NCBI GenBank assembly: GCA_031425095.1
Contig: JANPIS010000413.1
Span: 1,850 to 65,849, forward strand
Direction of reading: 5' to 3'
Length of the DNA: 64,000 nt
DNA from: Chthoniobacteraceae bacterium
Lineage (GTDB): Bacteria; Verrucomicrobiota; Verrucomicrobiia; Chthoniobacterales; Chthoniobacteraceae
Part shown: positions 17,879-26,116 of the stretch, piece by piece
How the letters are laid out: the number at the start of each line of letters is the position of its first letter
Numbering within the stretch: the stretch's first letter is position 1
Program-made: the position numbers and the translations under genes
The notes under the pieces: generated by a model
The model's database searches: none
What the model was told of the DNA's origin: nothing
The model's input: only the letters and a program-made list of their open reading frames with translations

Positions 17879-18079
17879 TCAATGAGGCTCCACCATGCGC
17901 TCAATGCGGGCAATGGCAGGGCCGGCCAGCTTCTTGGCGTCAAGGATGCCGCTGGTTTGCCAGCAACGATCCCCCGCCACGACCATCCAGTGAACTTTGA
18001 CCGTGCCCAAGCGGGTGCGGATGGTTGCCCGTAGCGGTTGCTCATAGCGGTCGAAAACGATGGAAACAATGCGAGCCAT
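17879..18079 (-). CDS. hypothetical small protein (66 aa)
   Basis: Internal Met MARIVSIVFDRYEQPLRATIRTRLGTVKVHW.... Divergent from 18232-18498 across an AT-richer spacer. Confidence 0.4.
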   Translation of the reverse strand: MARIVSIVFDRYEQPLRATIRTRLGTVKVHWMVVAGDRCWQTSGILDAKKLAGPAIARIERMVEPH

Positions 18080-18231
18080 AAAGGAAATGCCGTTTAACGA
18101 GTGGCGCCCTCGGTTTGTTGTGGAGCTTTTAATATGCGTCACCTGTCACGTTATAGCAAGCGGAAAACCTCTCTTTTACAGAGAAAACTTTGCGCTCGCC
18201 GACTCGCCGGTAATCGTCTCTTGTCACGGTA

Positions 18232-18498
18232 ATGCCTCGCCCGAAACCATCATCTCCAGCGCCGAAGAAGCGCGGTCCCGGTCGTCCGAAAACATCACCG
18301 CTCGATGCCTCGGCTCAAGCACGGGAACGTCAAGCCCGACTGCGCGCAAAAAAGCGTGAAGCTGGCCGCGTCGTCGTCCAGCTCTGGATCAATGCCAAGT
18401 GGCACGCTGCCATCTTGAAAAGCGGTGCGACCCTCCAGGATTCTGCCGATGAGGCGTTCGCCCTGCTCATGGCCAAGCGGCGCGGCAACTCCCGCTAG
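18232..18498 (+). CDS. small basic protein with AT-hook-like RGRP motif (possible DNA-binding/regulatory)
   Basis: MPRPKPSSPAPKKRGPGRPKTSPLD...ARERQARLRAKKREAG. Typical of plasmid/ICE accessory regulators. No precise family assigned. Confidence 0.5.
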   Translation: MPRPKPSSPAPKKRGPGRPKTSPLDASAQARERQARLRAKKREAGRVVVQLWINAKWHAAILKSGATLQDSADEAFALLMAKRRGNSR

Positions 18499-18874
18499 CC
18501 CCCACGTTAGCGCAGCGCAGGCGCAGCGCCGAGCAGCAAGGGAACACCTTTCGCTCTCTTTCCCTAGCCTGCGCGGCAATGAGCGCGGGCGAGCGCCAGC
18601 GAGGCGGCACCTACCAATCTTGGCCAACGCGAAGCCTCCCCGGAGTTCCCACGGAGGCTGAGCAACGGACCAACAAACTTCCGCCGGGCGGGGGTCCGCA
18701 CGAAGCGTGACAGTTCCTCTGGCGCGCTTCGTGAAACGAGGGAACGGCCCGGAGGAGCGTCAGATGATCTGCGCCACCCGCAACGCAGCGGTAGGCCGTT
18801 CGCGCAGCGCAGCGGAGCGAGGAGGCCGGGAGCGCAGTGAGGACGGCGCAGTTCATCCCATTGACCATAAAACG

Positions 18875-18950
18875 GGGAGTCTGTGCCTTGGGCGTGCGTC
18901 CGCCGCCCTTGGCACAGTCTCCCACGGCGCGAGCCGCATCAGGGAAGCGT
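18875..18950. repeat. hairpin repeat copy 1 (13-nt arms gggagtctgtgcc / ggcacagtctccc, 23-nt loop, conserved tail ggcgcgagccgcatcagg)
   Basis: Direct comparison with 19979-20052: same arm sequences, same loop length with a different loop sequence, same 18-nt tail. Confidence 0.7.
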
Positions 18951-19772
18951 GGTGGAAACCTGTGGTTCGCCTCCACGCAAAGCGCTGTTCGCTTTCACTG
19001 CATCCATCGGCACTCCGCCCCGGCGTTCGCCCTCGATGGCGAGATAATCAACGCCCGCTGCGCGATTCGTCGCCTTACTGCCCGCCGCTGCAAGGCGATG
19101 GAGAAAGGTGAGCCGCGTGGCCTCGCCCACCTCGCGCCATTCGGGACGCACTTGCAGCTCCAGCCGCTGCCCCTCTCGCACCAGCAATCCCCAGCCCGCA
19201 GGAATCTCGTGCGGCTCCACGAGGGCAGGTTCCACGACGAGGTAATGCAGATTGGCTGCCTGCCATTTCAGCAACGATTCCATCTTCGTCTGGCCGTGGA
19301 GTTGTCGCGAAAGGGTCGCGAGTTCCTTGACGACTTTTCGATACGGCGCGTGCTCGGCTTGATCGAAAGCCACGGTTTCATACTCCGGCCAAAGCCCGTC
19401 GCCCTGGCGCAGCGATGGGTAATGTATTTTCAAAAAGTTCTCCAAGGTGAGCCGCCGCTCGGTGAGCATTTTCATCCGCTCGATGAGCCGCGCCGCGCTG
19501 CGGCAATCGCGCACGAGATCCGCGCGGCTGGCCTTGCACTCGAAGACCGCAGCGATGCCGGGCGCGGCCTCGCAAACCGAGCGATTCGTACGAAGCCGCG
19601 CGTCCCTCTTTAAGACCCGGCGCGATCCGGGACGGTAGGCGCCCACATCGAGACGGAAGCGCAGGTTCGGCAGCGATACTTCGCACCCGACGATCGGATA
19701 CCCGTTCGCCTGCGCCCAGATGAGCGCGAGCCGTTTTAGCTCAAGATGGGCGGGTGATTCGCTGGCAGGCAC
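18939..19772 (-). CDS. MmcB-like PD-(D/E)xK nuclease-fold protein
   Basis: HLELKRLALIWAQANGY...EVSLP..RFRLDVGAY...AAVFECKASRADL gives the D...E-x-K nuclease core as in MmcB-family DNA repair proteins. The start is uncertain (GTG 19772 proposed). The 20135 extension crosses a repeat element and is Arg/Pro-rich noise. Confidence 0.6.
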   Translation of the reverse strand: MPASESPAHLELKRLALIWAQANGYPIVGCEVSLPNLRFRLDVGAYRPGSRRVLKRDARLRTNRSVCEAAPGIAAVFECKASRADLVRDCRSAARLIERMKMLTERRLTLENFLKIHYPSLRQGDGLWPEYETVAFDQAEHAPYRKVVKELATLSRQLHGQTKMESLLKWQAANLHYLVVEPALVEPHEIPAGWGLLVREGQRLELQVRPEWREVGEATRLTFLHRLAAAGSKATNRAAGVDYLAIEGERRGGVPMDAVKANSALRGGEPQVSTTLP

Positions 19773-19978
19773 GTCTTCGAGATTACTGCGGGCACCTGCT
19801 TTTGCGCGACTCCCTTTCCCCGAGTGGCGCTCTGGTGGCGAGTCACGGGGAATGGCCGTCGTCGCGACGATCTGCGCTGGCCGGGAGGCGTAGCGCGGCT
19901 GCCGCGTGGAATCATGGGCGGTAGGTCGGGAGCGCCGGGCGGCCGGGACGCAGATGGTCGCTGCCTGCCGACCAACTC

Positions 19979-20052
19979 GGGAGTCTGTGCCGCGGGCGCG
20001 CGCAGCCGGTGGGAGGCACAGTCTCCCCGGCGCGAGCCGCATCAGGAAGGCG
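19979..20052. repeat. hairpin repeat copy 2
   Basis: See copy 1. Weaker similarity extends into both flanks (gacca.aa..c on the 5' side, gtggaa.cc..gg.ttc..ctcca on the 3' side). Confidence 0.7.
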
Positions 20053-20297
20053 TAACGGCTTGGTTGAATAGGGATGTGGAAGCCGGATTCTCCAGCTTGG
20101 ACTTGCGGAAGACGCGTATTCCCGCCAAAACCCACCCGCCTTCCAAGACGATGATGTTGCTGGTGGTAGGCGTTCGGCAGGGAAATTTTGCGAAGAGAAT
20201 ATTTGCGGACGGCGCTTCAACGAATGCAGGAGACGCGCGTTTTTGAGAGGAGTCGGGAAAAGTTTGACGGAGCGCAAGGGCGGGTGCGCACCGCACC

Positions 20298-20636
20298 TCA
20301 CTGGAACGGGGACTTTTTCGCGGCAAACTCCTTCTCCAGCCGATGGCACATCAGGTCGCAGAGTTCCGAAATCTGCGGGTCAGAGATGAAGTAGTAGGCG
20401 TTCAGCCCTTCCTTGCGGCGGCCGATCATGCCGGCCGCAACGAGGGTGGCGAGGTGCTTGGAGACGTTCGCCTGCGACTGGCCCGTGAGCGTGACGAGCT
20501 GGCCGACGTTTTGTTCGCCGTCTTCGAGCACCGCAAGGAGCTTCAGGCGCACGGGCTCGCTCAGGACTTTGAAGCGCTGGGCAACGAGCTGGAAACCTTC
20601 GTCAGTGAGTTTTGGGCGCTTGGATTTGCGGGGCAT
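20298..20636 (-). CDS. ArsR/SmtB-family transcriptional regulator
   Basis: FKVLSEPVRLKLLAVLEDGEQNVGQLVTLTGQSQANVSKHLATLVAAGMIGRRKEG winged-HTH. C-terminal CDLMC Cys pair. Divergent from the sulfur-transport genes. Confidence 0.9.
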   Translation of the reverse strand: MPRKSKRPKLTDEGFQLVAQRFKVLSEPVRLKLLAVLEDGEQNVGQLVTLTGQSQANVSKHLATLVAAGMIGRRKEGLNAYYFISDPQISELCDLMCHRLEKEFAAKKSPFQ

Positions 20637-20676
20637 TGAAAAGGTGCGCGACTATATTCCTGTATCGGTATCAAGA

Positions 20677-20705
20677 TTGAACGCGGAGGCGGTCCAGCGT
20701 ATCAC
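20677..20705 (+). promoter_or_regulatory. possible sigma70-like promoter (TTGAAC-17 nt-TATCAC) ending about 7 nt before ATG 20713 (leaderless or near-leaderless transcript?)
   Basis: Hexamers read directly from the sequence in the ArsR / DUF6132 divergent spacer. Promoter consensus for this lineage is unknown, so this is speculative. Confidence 0.25.
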
Positions 20706-20712
20706 ACACATC

Positions 20713-20982
20713 ATGAAAATCGAAAGCCTCACCCCTTACTGGCCGTGGATACTTGGCCTGCTCATCGGCGCCCTCCTCGGTTCGGCCCTTGGTTATTTCG
20801 GCCAATGCACGTCGGGCACCTGCCCGCTCACCTCGACCTGGTGGCGCGGCGCGATCTACGGCGGCGTGCTCGGTCTGCTTTTTGCGGCTTCGTCGTCCAG
20901 CCGCGCAGAGCGATCGCACATCGAAGCTCCACGCGAGACGCACCCGGCCGACCAGCACAATAAAGGAACCGGCACTCGTTGA
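20713..20982 (+). CDS. DUF6132-like small membrane protein (CxSGxCP motif)
   Basis: Internal ATG: MKIESLTPYWPWILGLLIGALLGSALGYFGQCTSGTCPLTSTWWRGAIYGGVLGLLF. Confidence 0.6.
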   Translation: MKIESLTPYWPWILGLLIGALLGSALGYFGQCTSGTCPLTSTWWRGAIYGGVLGLLFAASSSSRAERSHIEAPRETHPADQHNKGTGTR

Positions 20983-21138
20983 GGTTCTGCGGGTCCGGCA
21001 CGGGGATTCCTGAGCCGCGAACTGGCGTAAGGGTGGAGCGGAGATTTCCAAAAAAATGCACCGCCAGCTTCGGTCTTGATAACGATGCAGGAATGAGACG
21101 CCTTCCACGTCTCGTCATCCACGAAAGGACACAACCCC

Positions 21139-21681
21139 ATGAATCCACTCCACATGAAAGCTTGGTCGCCGTATCTCGTCGGCGCGGGAATCGGCGTGTT
21201 GAGCTGGCTGACGTTCGCCACGGTGAACCGGCCGATCGGCATCACTACGGCCTTTGAATACAGCGCCGCGCTGACCGAGCAGGCGGCGGCGCCGCAGGTC
21301 GTGCAGCCGTATCTCGAGGCGAAGGCGAAGGACAACAAGTCGCCGAAGATCGACTGGGAATGGATGCTCGTCCTCGGCGTGCTGATCGGCGCTTATGCCA
21401 GCTCGAAGATGTCGGGCGACCGCGTGCCGGAGGAGAAGGTGCCGCCGCTGTGGCGGTCGCGCTTTGGCGATTCGCCGGGCGTCCGATATGCCGGGGCGTT
21501 TCTCGGCGGCCTGATTATGATGCTCGGGGCGCGCATCGCGCAGGGCTGCACGAGCGGGCATGCGATCAGCGGCGTGCTGCAACTCGCGCTGTCGAGTTGG
21601 ATTTTCGCGCCGGTGATGGGGCTGGCGGGGCTGGCGGTGGCGTTCCTGATTTATGGAAAGGAGGGCCGTAGCCATGTTTGA
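21139..21681 (+). CDS. YeeE/YedE family sulfur-compound transporter subunit
   Basis: PYLVGAGIGVLSWLTF...RIAQGCTSGHAISG signature. Confidence 0.85.
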   Translation: MNPLHMKAWSPYLVGAGIGVLSWLTFATVNRPIGITTAFEYSAALTEQAAAPQVVQPYLEAKAKDNKSPKIDWEWMLVLGVLIGAYASSKMSGDRVPEEKVPPLWRSRFGDSPGVRYAGAFLGGLIMMLGARIAQGCTSGHAISGVLQLALSSWIFAPVMGLAGLAVAFLIYGKEGRSHV

Positions 21682-22234
21682 TGAACCGCTCAAACTCGTG
21701 CTCGGATTGCTGACGGGGATCGTCTTCGGCGTGCTGCTGCAAAAGGGGCAGGTCGCAAAATTCCAGAAGATCCTCGGACAGTTTCTGCTGAAGGATTTCA
21801 CCGTCGTGAAGATCATGGCGACGGCAATTGCGGTGGGAACGGTTGGCGTTCATGCGCTCGTCGCGATGGGGGCGGCGGAGATTCACATCCAGACGGCATC
21901 GCTGGCACGCGTCATCGTCGGTGGAGTGCTTTTCGGCGCAGGGCTCGCGGTGTTTGGGTTGTGCCCGGGCACGAGCGTGACGGCATGCGGCGAAGGTCGG
22001 CGCGATGCCATGGTCGGCGTGCTCGGGATGTTTGTGGGGGCGGGCATTTACGTCGCGGCCTTCCCGGCGTTGCAGCCGATCATCAAGTCGATGGCGGATT
22101 TTGGGAAAGTCACGCTGCCGCAATTCATCGGCACCTCGCCGTGGCTGTGGGCAGGCGGGCTGGCGGTCGTCATCGCCATCGCGCTCGCGATCCTGGAGCG
22201 CGTCCATCCCAAGCATCTCGACGCTACTCCCTAG
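21674..22234 (+). CDS. YeeE/YedE-related (DUF6691-type) transporter subunit
   Basis: LLQKGQVAKFQKILGQFLLKDFTVVKIM...LCPGTSVTACGEG. The start overlaps the previous gene's stop. Confidence 0.85.
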   Translation: MFDEPLKLVLGLLTGIVFGVLLQKGQVAKFQKILGQFLLKDFTVVKIMATAIAVGTVGVHALVAMGAAEIHIQTASLARVIVGGVLFGAGLAVFGLCPGTSVTACGEGRRDAMVGVLGMFVGAGIYVAAFPALQPIIKSMADFGKVTLPQFIGTSPWLWAGGLAVVIAIALAILERVHPKHLDATP

Positions 22235-22252
22235 TCCTTATCATCAAAACCT

Positions 22253-23656
22253 ATGTCACTCGTATTCGAACGCATCCAAACTGAAGGCATCGCCGAGTTA
22301 TCCTACCTGCTCGGCGACGATAGCGACGGCGTCGCGGCGGTTTTTGATCCGACGCCGGATGTGGAGAAATACGTGGAGCTGGCGCGCGAGAAGAAGGTCT
22401 CGATCACGCATATTTTCGAGACGCACATTCACGCGGATCTTGTCAGCGGTTCGCGTGAGCTTTGTGCGCGGCTGCAATCGGCGAAGGTCTTTGTCAGTCA
22501 CGAGGGCGATGCGCGGTATGGCTTCGATCACGAGAAGCTGGAGGACGGTGATCAGTTCACGTTTGGCAAGACGCTGGTCACCGTGCGCCACACGCCAGGC
22601 CACACGCCGGAGCATGTGAGCTATCTCGTCGCGGAGAAGGATCACCCGGACACGCCGTGGGGTGTGCTCACGGGCGATTCGCTTTTCGTCAATTCCGCCG
22701 GGCGGCCCGATCTGCTCGGCTCCAGCGAGACGGAGGAGCTGACGCAAAAGCTCTTCAAAACTCTGCGTGAATTCTACCTCGCGCTGCCGGACAGCGTGAT
22801 GATTTATCCAGCGCACGGCCACGGTTCGCCGTGCGGCGCGGACATTGGTGACCGACTCGAGAGCACCATCGGCTACGAGCGGAAGTTCAATCCCTACCTC
22901 CAAATCTCCGACTATGACAAATTCCGCGAGCACGCGCTGAGCAGCGCGCCGCCGGTGCCGAAGTATTACCCGCGGATGAAAAAGGTGAACGCGAAAGGGC
23001 CGAAGATCCTCGGCAATTTACCGCGCGTGCCGGGCCTGCCCGCAAAGGTTTTCAAGGAGGCCGTGGAAAGGAAAGCCGGCGTGCTCGTGGACACGCGCAT
23101 GATGCTCGGCTTCGGCGGCGGGCACATCAAAGGCGCACTCAGCATCGGCGGCACACCCATGCTTTCCATCTGGGCCGGCTGGCTCCTGGAGCCTGACGAA
23201 CCCATCCTGCTCGTGATCGACAAGGACAGCCAGATCGACGAAATCGTGAAGCTGTTTCTGCGCACCGGTTACACCGAGTTTGCGGGCTATCTCGTCGGTG
23301 GCATGAAGGCGTGGGACAATGCGGGCTTCGAGTTGGAGGAAGTCGGCCAGATGACCGTGCATGAAGTGAAGGACGCCGGCGCCGCGCTGCAAATCATCGA
23401 CGTCCGCGCGCCGACCGAATGGAAAAAGGGGCACATCCCTGGTGCGCGTCACGTCTTCCTACCGGAGCTGCGGGAAAAGATCGGCGAGTTGGATCGCGAG
23501 CGACCGACGGCGGTTTATTGCGACAGCGGATATCGCGCGAGCATCGGCGCGAGTATTTTGAAACAGGAGGATTTCAACTGCGTTTGCAACGTGCCGGGAA
23601 GCTGGCAGGCGTGGAAGAAAGCGAAGTTCCCGATCGAAGGAGGGAACGGAAAATGA
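22253..23656 (+). CDS. MBL-fold persulfide-dioxygenase-like hydrolase fused to two rhodanese domains
   Basis: HIFETHIHADLVSG...TPGHTPEH metallo-beta-lactamase motifs. The C-terminal rhodanese has the active-site loop VYCDSGYRAS. CstB/Blh-like architecture. Confidence 0.9.
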   Translation: MSLVFERIQTEGIAELSYLLGDDSDGVAAVFDPTPDVEKYVELAREKKVSITHIFETHIHADLVSGSRELCARLQSAKVFVSHEGDARYGFDHEKLEDGDQFTFGKTLVTVRHTPGHTPEHVSYLVAEKDHPDTPWGVLTGDSLFVNSAGRPDLLGSSETEELTQKLFKTLREFYLALPDSVMIYPAHGHGSPCGADIGDRLESTIGYERKFNPYLQISDYDKFREHALSSAPPVPKYYPRMKKVNAKGPKILGNLPRVPGLPAKVFKEAVERKAGVLVDTRMMLGFGGGHIKGALSIGGTPMLSIWAGWLLEPDEPILLVIDKDSQIDEIVKLFLRTGYTEFAGYLVGGMKAWDNAGFELEEVGQMTVHEVKDAGAALQIIDVRAPTEWKKGHIPGARHVFLPELREKIGELDRERPTAVYCDSGYRASIGASILKQEDFNCVCNVPGSWQAWKKAKFPIEGGNGK

Positions 23657-24240
23657 AACGCGCGCTTGTGTTTGCATTGCTGCTCCTGCCTTCGCTGGCG
23701 CAGGCCGCGGATCTCGCGGTGGATGCCACGAGCTACGACGGGCCCGCGTGGTCGCCATACGTCGTCGGCGCGGGCATCGGCGTCCTTTGCTGGCTCACGT
23801 TTTATTTTTCCGACAAGCCAATCGGCGCGTCATCCGCCTATGCCACGCTCGCGGGCATGATCGGGAAAATCTTCGCACGCAAGCGCACCGAGTCGCTCGC
23901 CTACTACAAGACCGAGCCGCCCGTTGTGAATTGGGAACTCGTCTTCGTGCTCGCCACGATCGTCGGCGGCTTCATCGCTGCGACCACCGGCGGTGACTTC
24001 ACTGGACGCTGGCTCCCGCCGATGTGGGAGGCGCGCTTTGGCGAAGGCACGCTTGGCTTGCGCGCGCTCTTCGCCGTCGGCGGCGGCGTGCTCATGGCCT
24101 TTGGCGCGCGCCTCGCTGGAGGCTGCACCAGTGGCCACGGCATCAGCGGCACGCTCCAGCTCAATGTCGCGTCATGGATCGCCGTGATCTGTTTCTTCAT
24201 CGGCGGCATCGCTGTCGCCCTGCCCCTCTACGCGCAATGA
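23653..24240 (+). CDS. YeeE/YedE family transporter subunit (second pair)
   Basis: Signal-like N-terminus, PYVVGAGIGVLCWLTF...RLAGGCTSGHGISG. ATGA overlap with the upstream gene. Confidence 0.85.
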   Translation: MKRALVFALLLLPSLAQAADLAVDATSYDGPAWSPYVVGAGIGVLCWLTFYFSDKPIGASSAYATLAGMIGKIFARKRTESLAYYKTEPPVVNWELVFVLATIVGGFIAATTGGDFTGRWLPPMWEARFGEGTLGLRALFAVGGGVLMAFGARLAGGCTSGHGISGTLQLNVASWIAVICFFIGGIAVALPLYAQ

Positions 24241-24839
24241 ACTCCACGATCGACCCAGGCAAATCCGTAAAAGAGTCCACCGCCGCGCTGCCGTCGTCCG
24301 CACCGCCCGCGGCGAAGCTCATCGGCGCGATCCTCTTCGGCCTCGCCTTCGGATTCCTCCTGCAAAAAGGCGGCGTCGGAAAATTCCACGTCCTCATCGG
24401 CCAGCTTCTACTCCAGGATTTCACCGTCGCGAAAGTCATGCTCACCGCAATCGTCGTCGGCATGGTCGGCGTCTTCGCGCTGCACTGGCGCGCGAAAGTG
24501 AACCTCAACATCAAGCCCACGCGCCTGGCCTCCAACATCATCGGTGGCCTCGTCTTCGGCGCCGGTTTCGCGCTGCTCGGCTACTGCCCCGGCACCGCCG
24601 CCGCCGCGCTCGGCCAGGGAAATTGGGACGCGCTGCTCGGCATGGCTGGCCTGCTGCTCGGCTCATATCTCTACGCGGAGTTTTCCGCCGGCATCAAAGC
24701 CACGATCGAAAAGTGGGGCGACAAAGGGAAGCTCATGCTCCCCGACCTGCTGCAAATCCCGCGCGGCGTCTTTGTGCCAGCCTTTGCATTGCTGTTGATC
24801 GCGGTGCTGTTTGCGCTCGAGCGTTTTACGGATCGCTAA
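24237..24839 (+). CDS. YeeE/YedE-related (DUF6691-type) transporter subunit (second pair)
   Basis: LLQKGGVGKFHVLIGQLLLQDFTVAKVM...YCPGTAAAALGQG. ATGA overlap. Confidence 0.85.
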   Translation: MNSTIDPGKSVKESTAALPSSAPPAAKLIGAILFGLAFGFLLQKGGVGKFHVLIGQLLLQDFTVAKVMLTAIVVGMVGVFALHWRAKVNLNIKPTRLASNIIGGLVFGAGFALLGYCPGTAAAALGQGNWDALLGMAGLLLGSYLYAEFSAGIKATIEKWGDKGKLMLPDLLQIPRGVFVPAFALLLIAVLFALERFTDR

Positions 24840-24842
24840 GTT

Positions 24843-25307
24843 ATGAACGCCGCCGACCTGCCATTTCCGCCTAGAGCGACGCGCGTGGAGCGCAGCAGCG
24901 CCGAGGAAATCAATGCCCGCATCGAGCTTGAAACCCTGGCCAACATCGAGCGTGTGGCGGCGGGCGGACGCGAGGCCATCGGGCGACGGCTCGAGGAACT
25001 CGACCGGGAGTGGGACATCGAGCGCACCTTGGAAGCAAACGCCGCAACCGTCACTCTGATCGAGCTGGGGCTGGGATCCTCCGTGGACCGGCGCTGGTTT
25101 GCTTTCCCTGTCGTTGTCGCCGCCTTTCTCCTCCAGCACTCGCTCCAAGGCTGGTGTCCGCCGCTTCCGCTATTCCGCCGACGTGGCATCCGCACGGAAC
25201 GCGAGATCCATCTCGAGCGCACTGCCCTGCGCATCTTGCGCGGCGATTTCGAGTGGTTGTCGAACGAGCCGCACGAAGCTTTCCGCCTGGCGAGGGAGGC
25301 ATTATGA
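24843..25307 (+). CDS. DUF2892 (YgaP-like) membrane protein
   Basis: C-terminal FLLQHSLQGWCPPLPLFRR motif. Confidence 0.7.
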   Translation: MNAADLPFPPRATRVERSSAEEINARIELETLANIERVAAGGREAIGRRLEELDREWDIERTLEANAATVTLIELGLGSSVDRRWFAFPVVVAAFLLQHSLQGWCPPLPLFRRRGIRTEREIHLERTALRILRGDFEWLSNEPHEAFRLAREAL

Positions 25308-25594
25308 CCGCCCGGCTCGTCCGGTCGAAAAGCGGGAGTTGGGCCGGCATCCTGGCGCTTTGTGCGGGGTTGTGGCCGCGCATGGCGGCGGCTTGTCCGA
25401 TCTGCAACACGGAGACCGGGCGGCAGGTCCGACTAGGCATCTTTAACGACAGTTTTTGGAGCACGCTTTTGGCGGTCGTATCCCCGTTTCCCGTCCTCCT
25501 GCTGGCCATCGCTGCCTACCGTTTCGGGTGGCCGCCGCTCCGCGACCGTTCCGCTTCAACCTCGCACGCGAACCTAAGTCATCAGACACAATGA
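25304..25594 (+). CDS. small membrane protein with CPIC (CxxC) motif
   Basis: Internal ATG of ORF 25010-25594: MTARLVRSKSGSWAGILALCAGLWPRMAAACPICNTETG...LLAVVSPFPVLLLAIAAY. ATGA overlaps at both ends. Confidence 0.55.
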   Translation: MTARLVRSKSGSWAGILALCAGLWPRMAAACPICNTETGRQVRLGIFNDSFWSTLLAVVSPFPVLLLAIAAYRFGWPPLRDRSASTSHANLSHQTQ

Positions 25595-26079
25595 ATCGTG
25601 ACGTGAATCAAAAGCCGCTCGTTGTCGCTGGCATCTTTATGGGCATCGGCCTGGGAGGATTTTTCGATGGGATCCTCTTCCATCAACTGCTTCAGACCCA
25701 CAACATGCTCTCGGCGAAGTTTCCCAAAACGAGCATCGCGAACATGGAGATCAACATGTTCTGGGACGGCTTGTTCCATTCGATGACTTATACGATGACC
25801 CTCATCGGCTTGGTCCTGCTCTGGAAATGCGGCGCACGTCGCGACGTGCCGTGGTCGGGGAAGACTTTCCTCGGCGCAAATTTTCTCGGTTGGGGACTTT
25901 TCAACTTCGTCGAGGGCATCATCGACCATCACATCCTCCACATTCACCACGTCCTGGAGAGCCACGGTCCGTCGATGTTCGACTACCTGTTTCTTGCTTC
26001 GGGACTAATCTTCATCGTCGGCGGCTGGATGGCGATCCGTTCGGCACGTTCGGATCCCGCTTTGCCGCGCGGCGCTTGA
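25591..26079 (+). CDS. DUF2243-like membrane protein
   Basis: GGFFDGILFHQLLQTHNM...GLFNFVEGIIDHHILHIHHV. Paralogue at 52574-53131. Confidence 0.75.
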   Translation: MNRDVNQKPLVVAGIFMGIGLGGFFDGILFHQLLQTHNMLSAKFPKTSIANMEINMFWDGLFHSMTYTMTLIGLVLLWKCGARRDVPWSGKTFLGANFLGWGLFNFVEGIIDHHILHIHHVLESHGPSMFDYLFLASGLIFIVGGWMAIRSARSDPALPRGA

Positions 26080-26116
26080 TCACTTGCCTCGATGCAACGG
26101 CCTCTCGCTAACGCCC

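Noticed and set aside
18875-20052. Integron attC sites / gene cassette interpretation of the hairpin repeats
   Set aside because: I could not find complementary R'' (RYYYAAC) and R' (GTTRRRY) core sites bracketing either hairpin on either strand. Only one isolated GTTGAAT lies near copy 2. No intI-type integrase is in the window. Retained only as a generic structured repeat.
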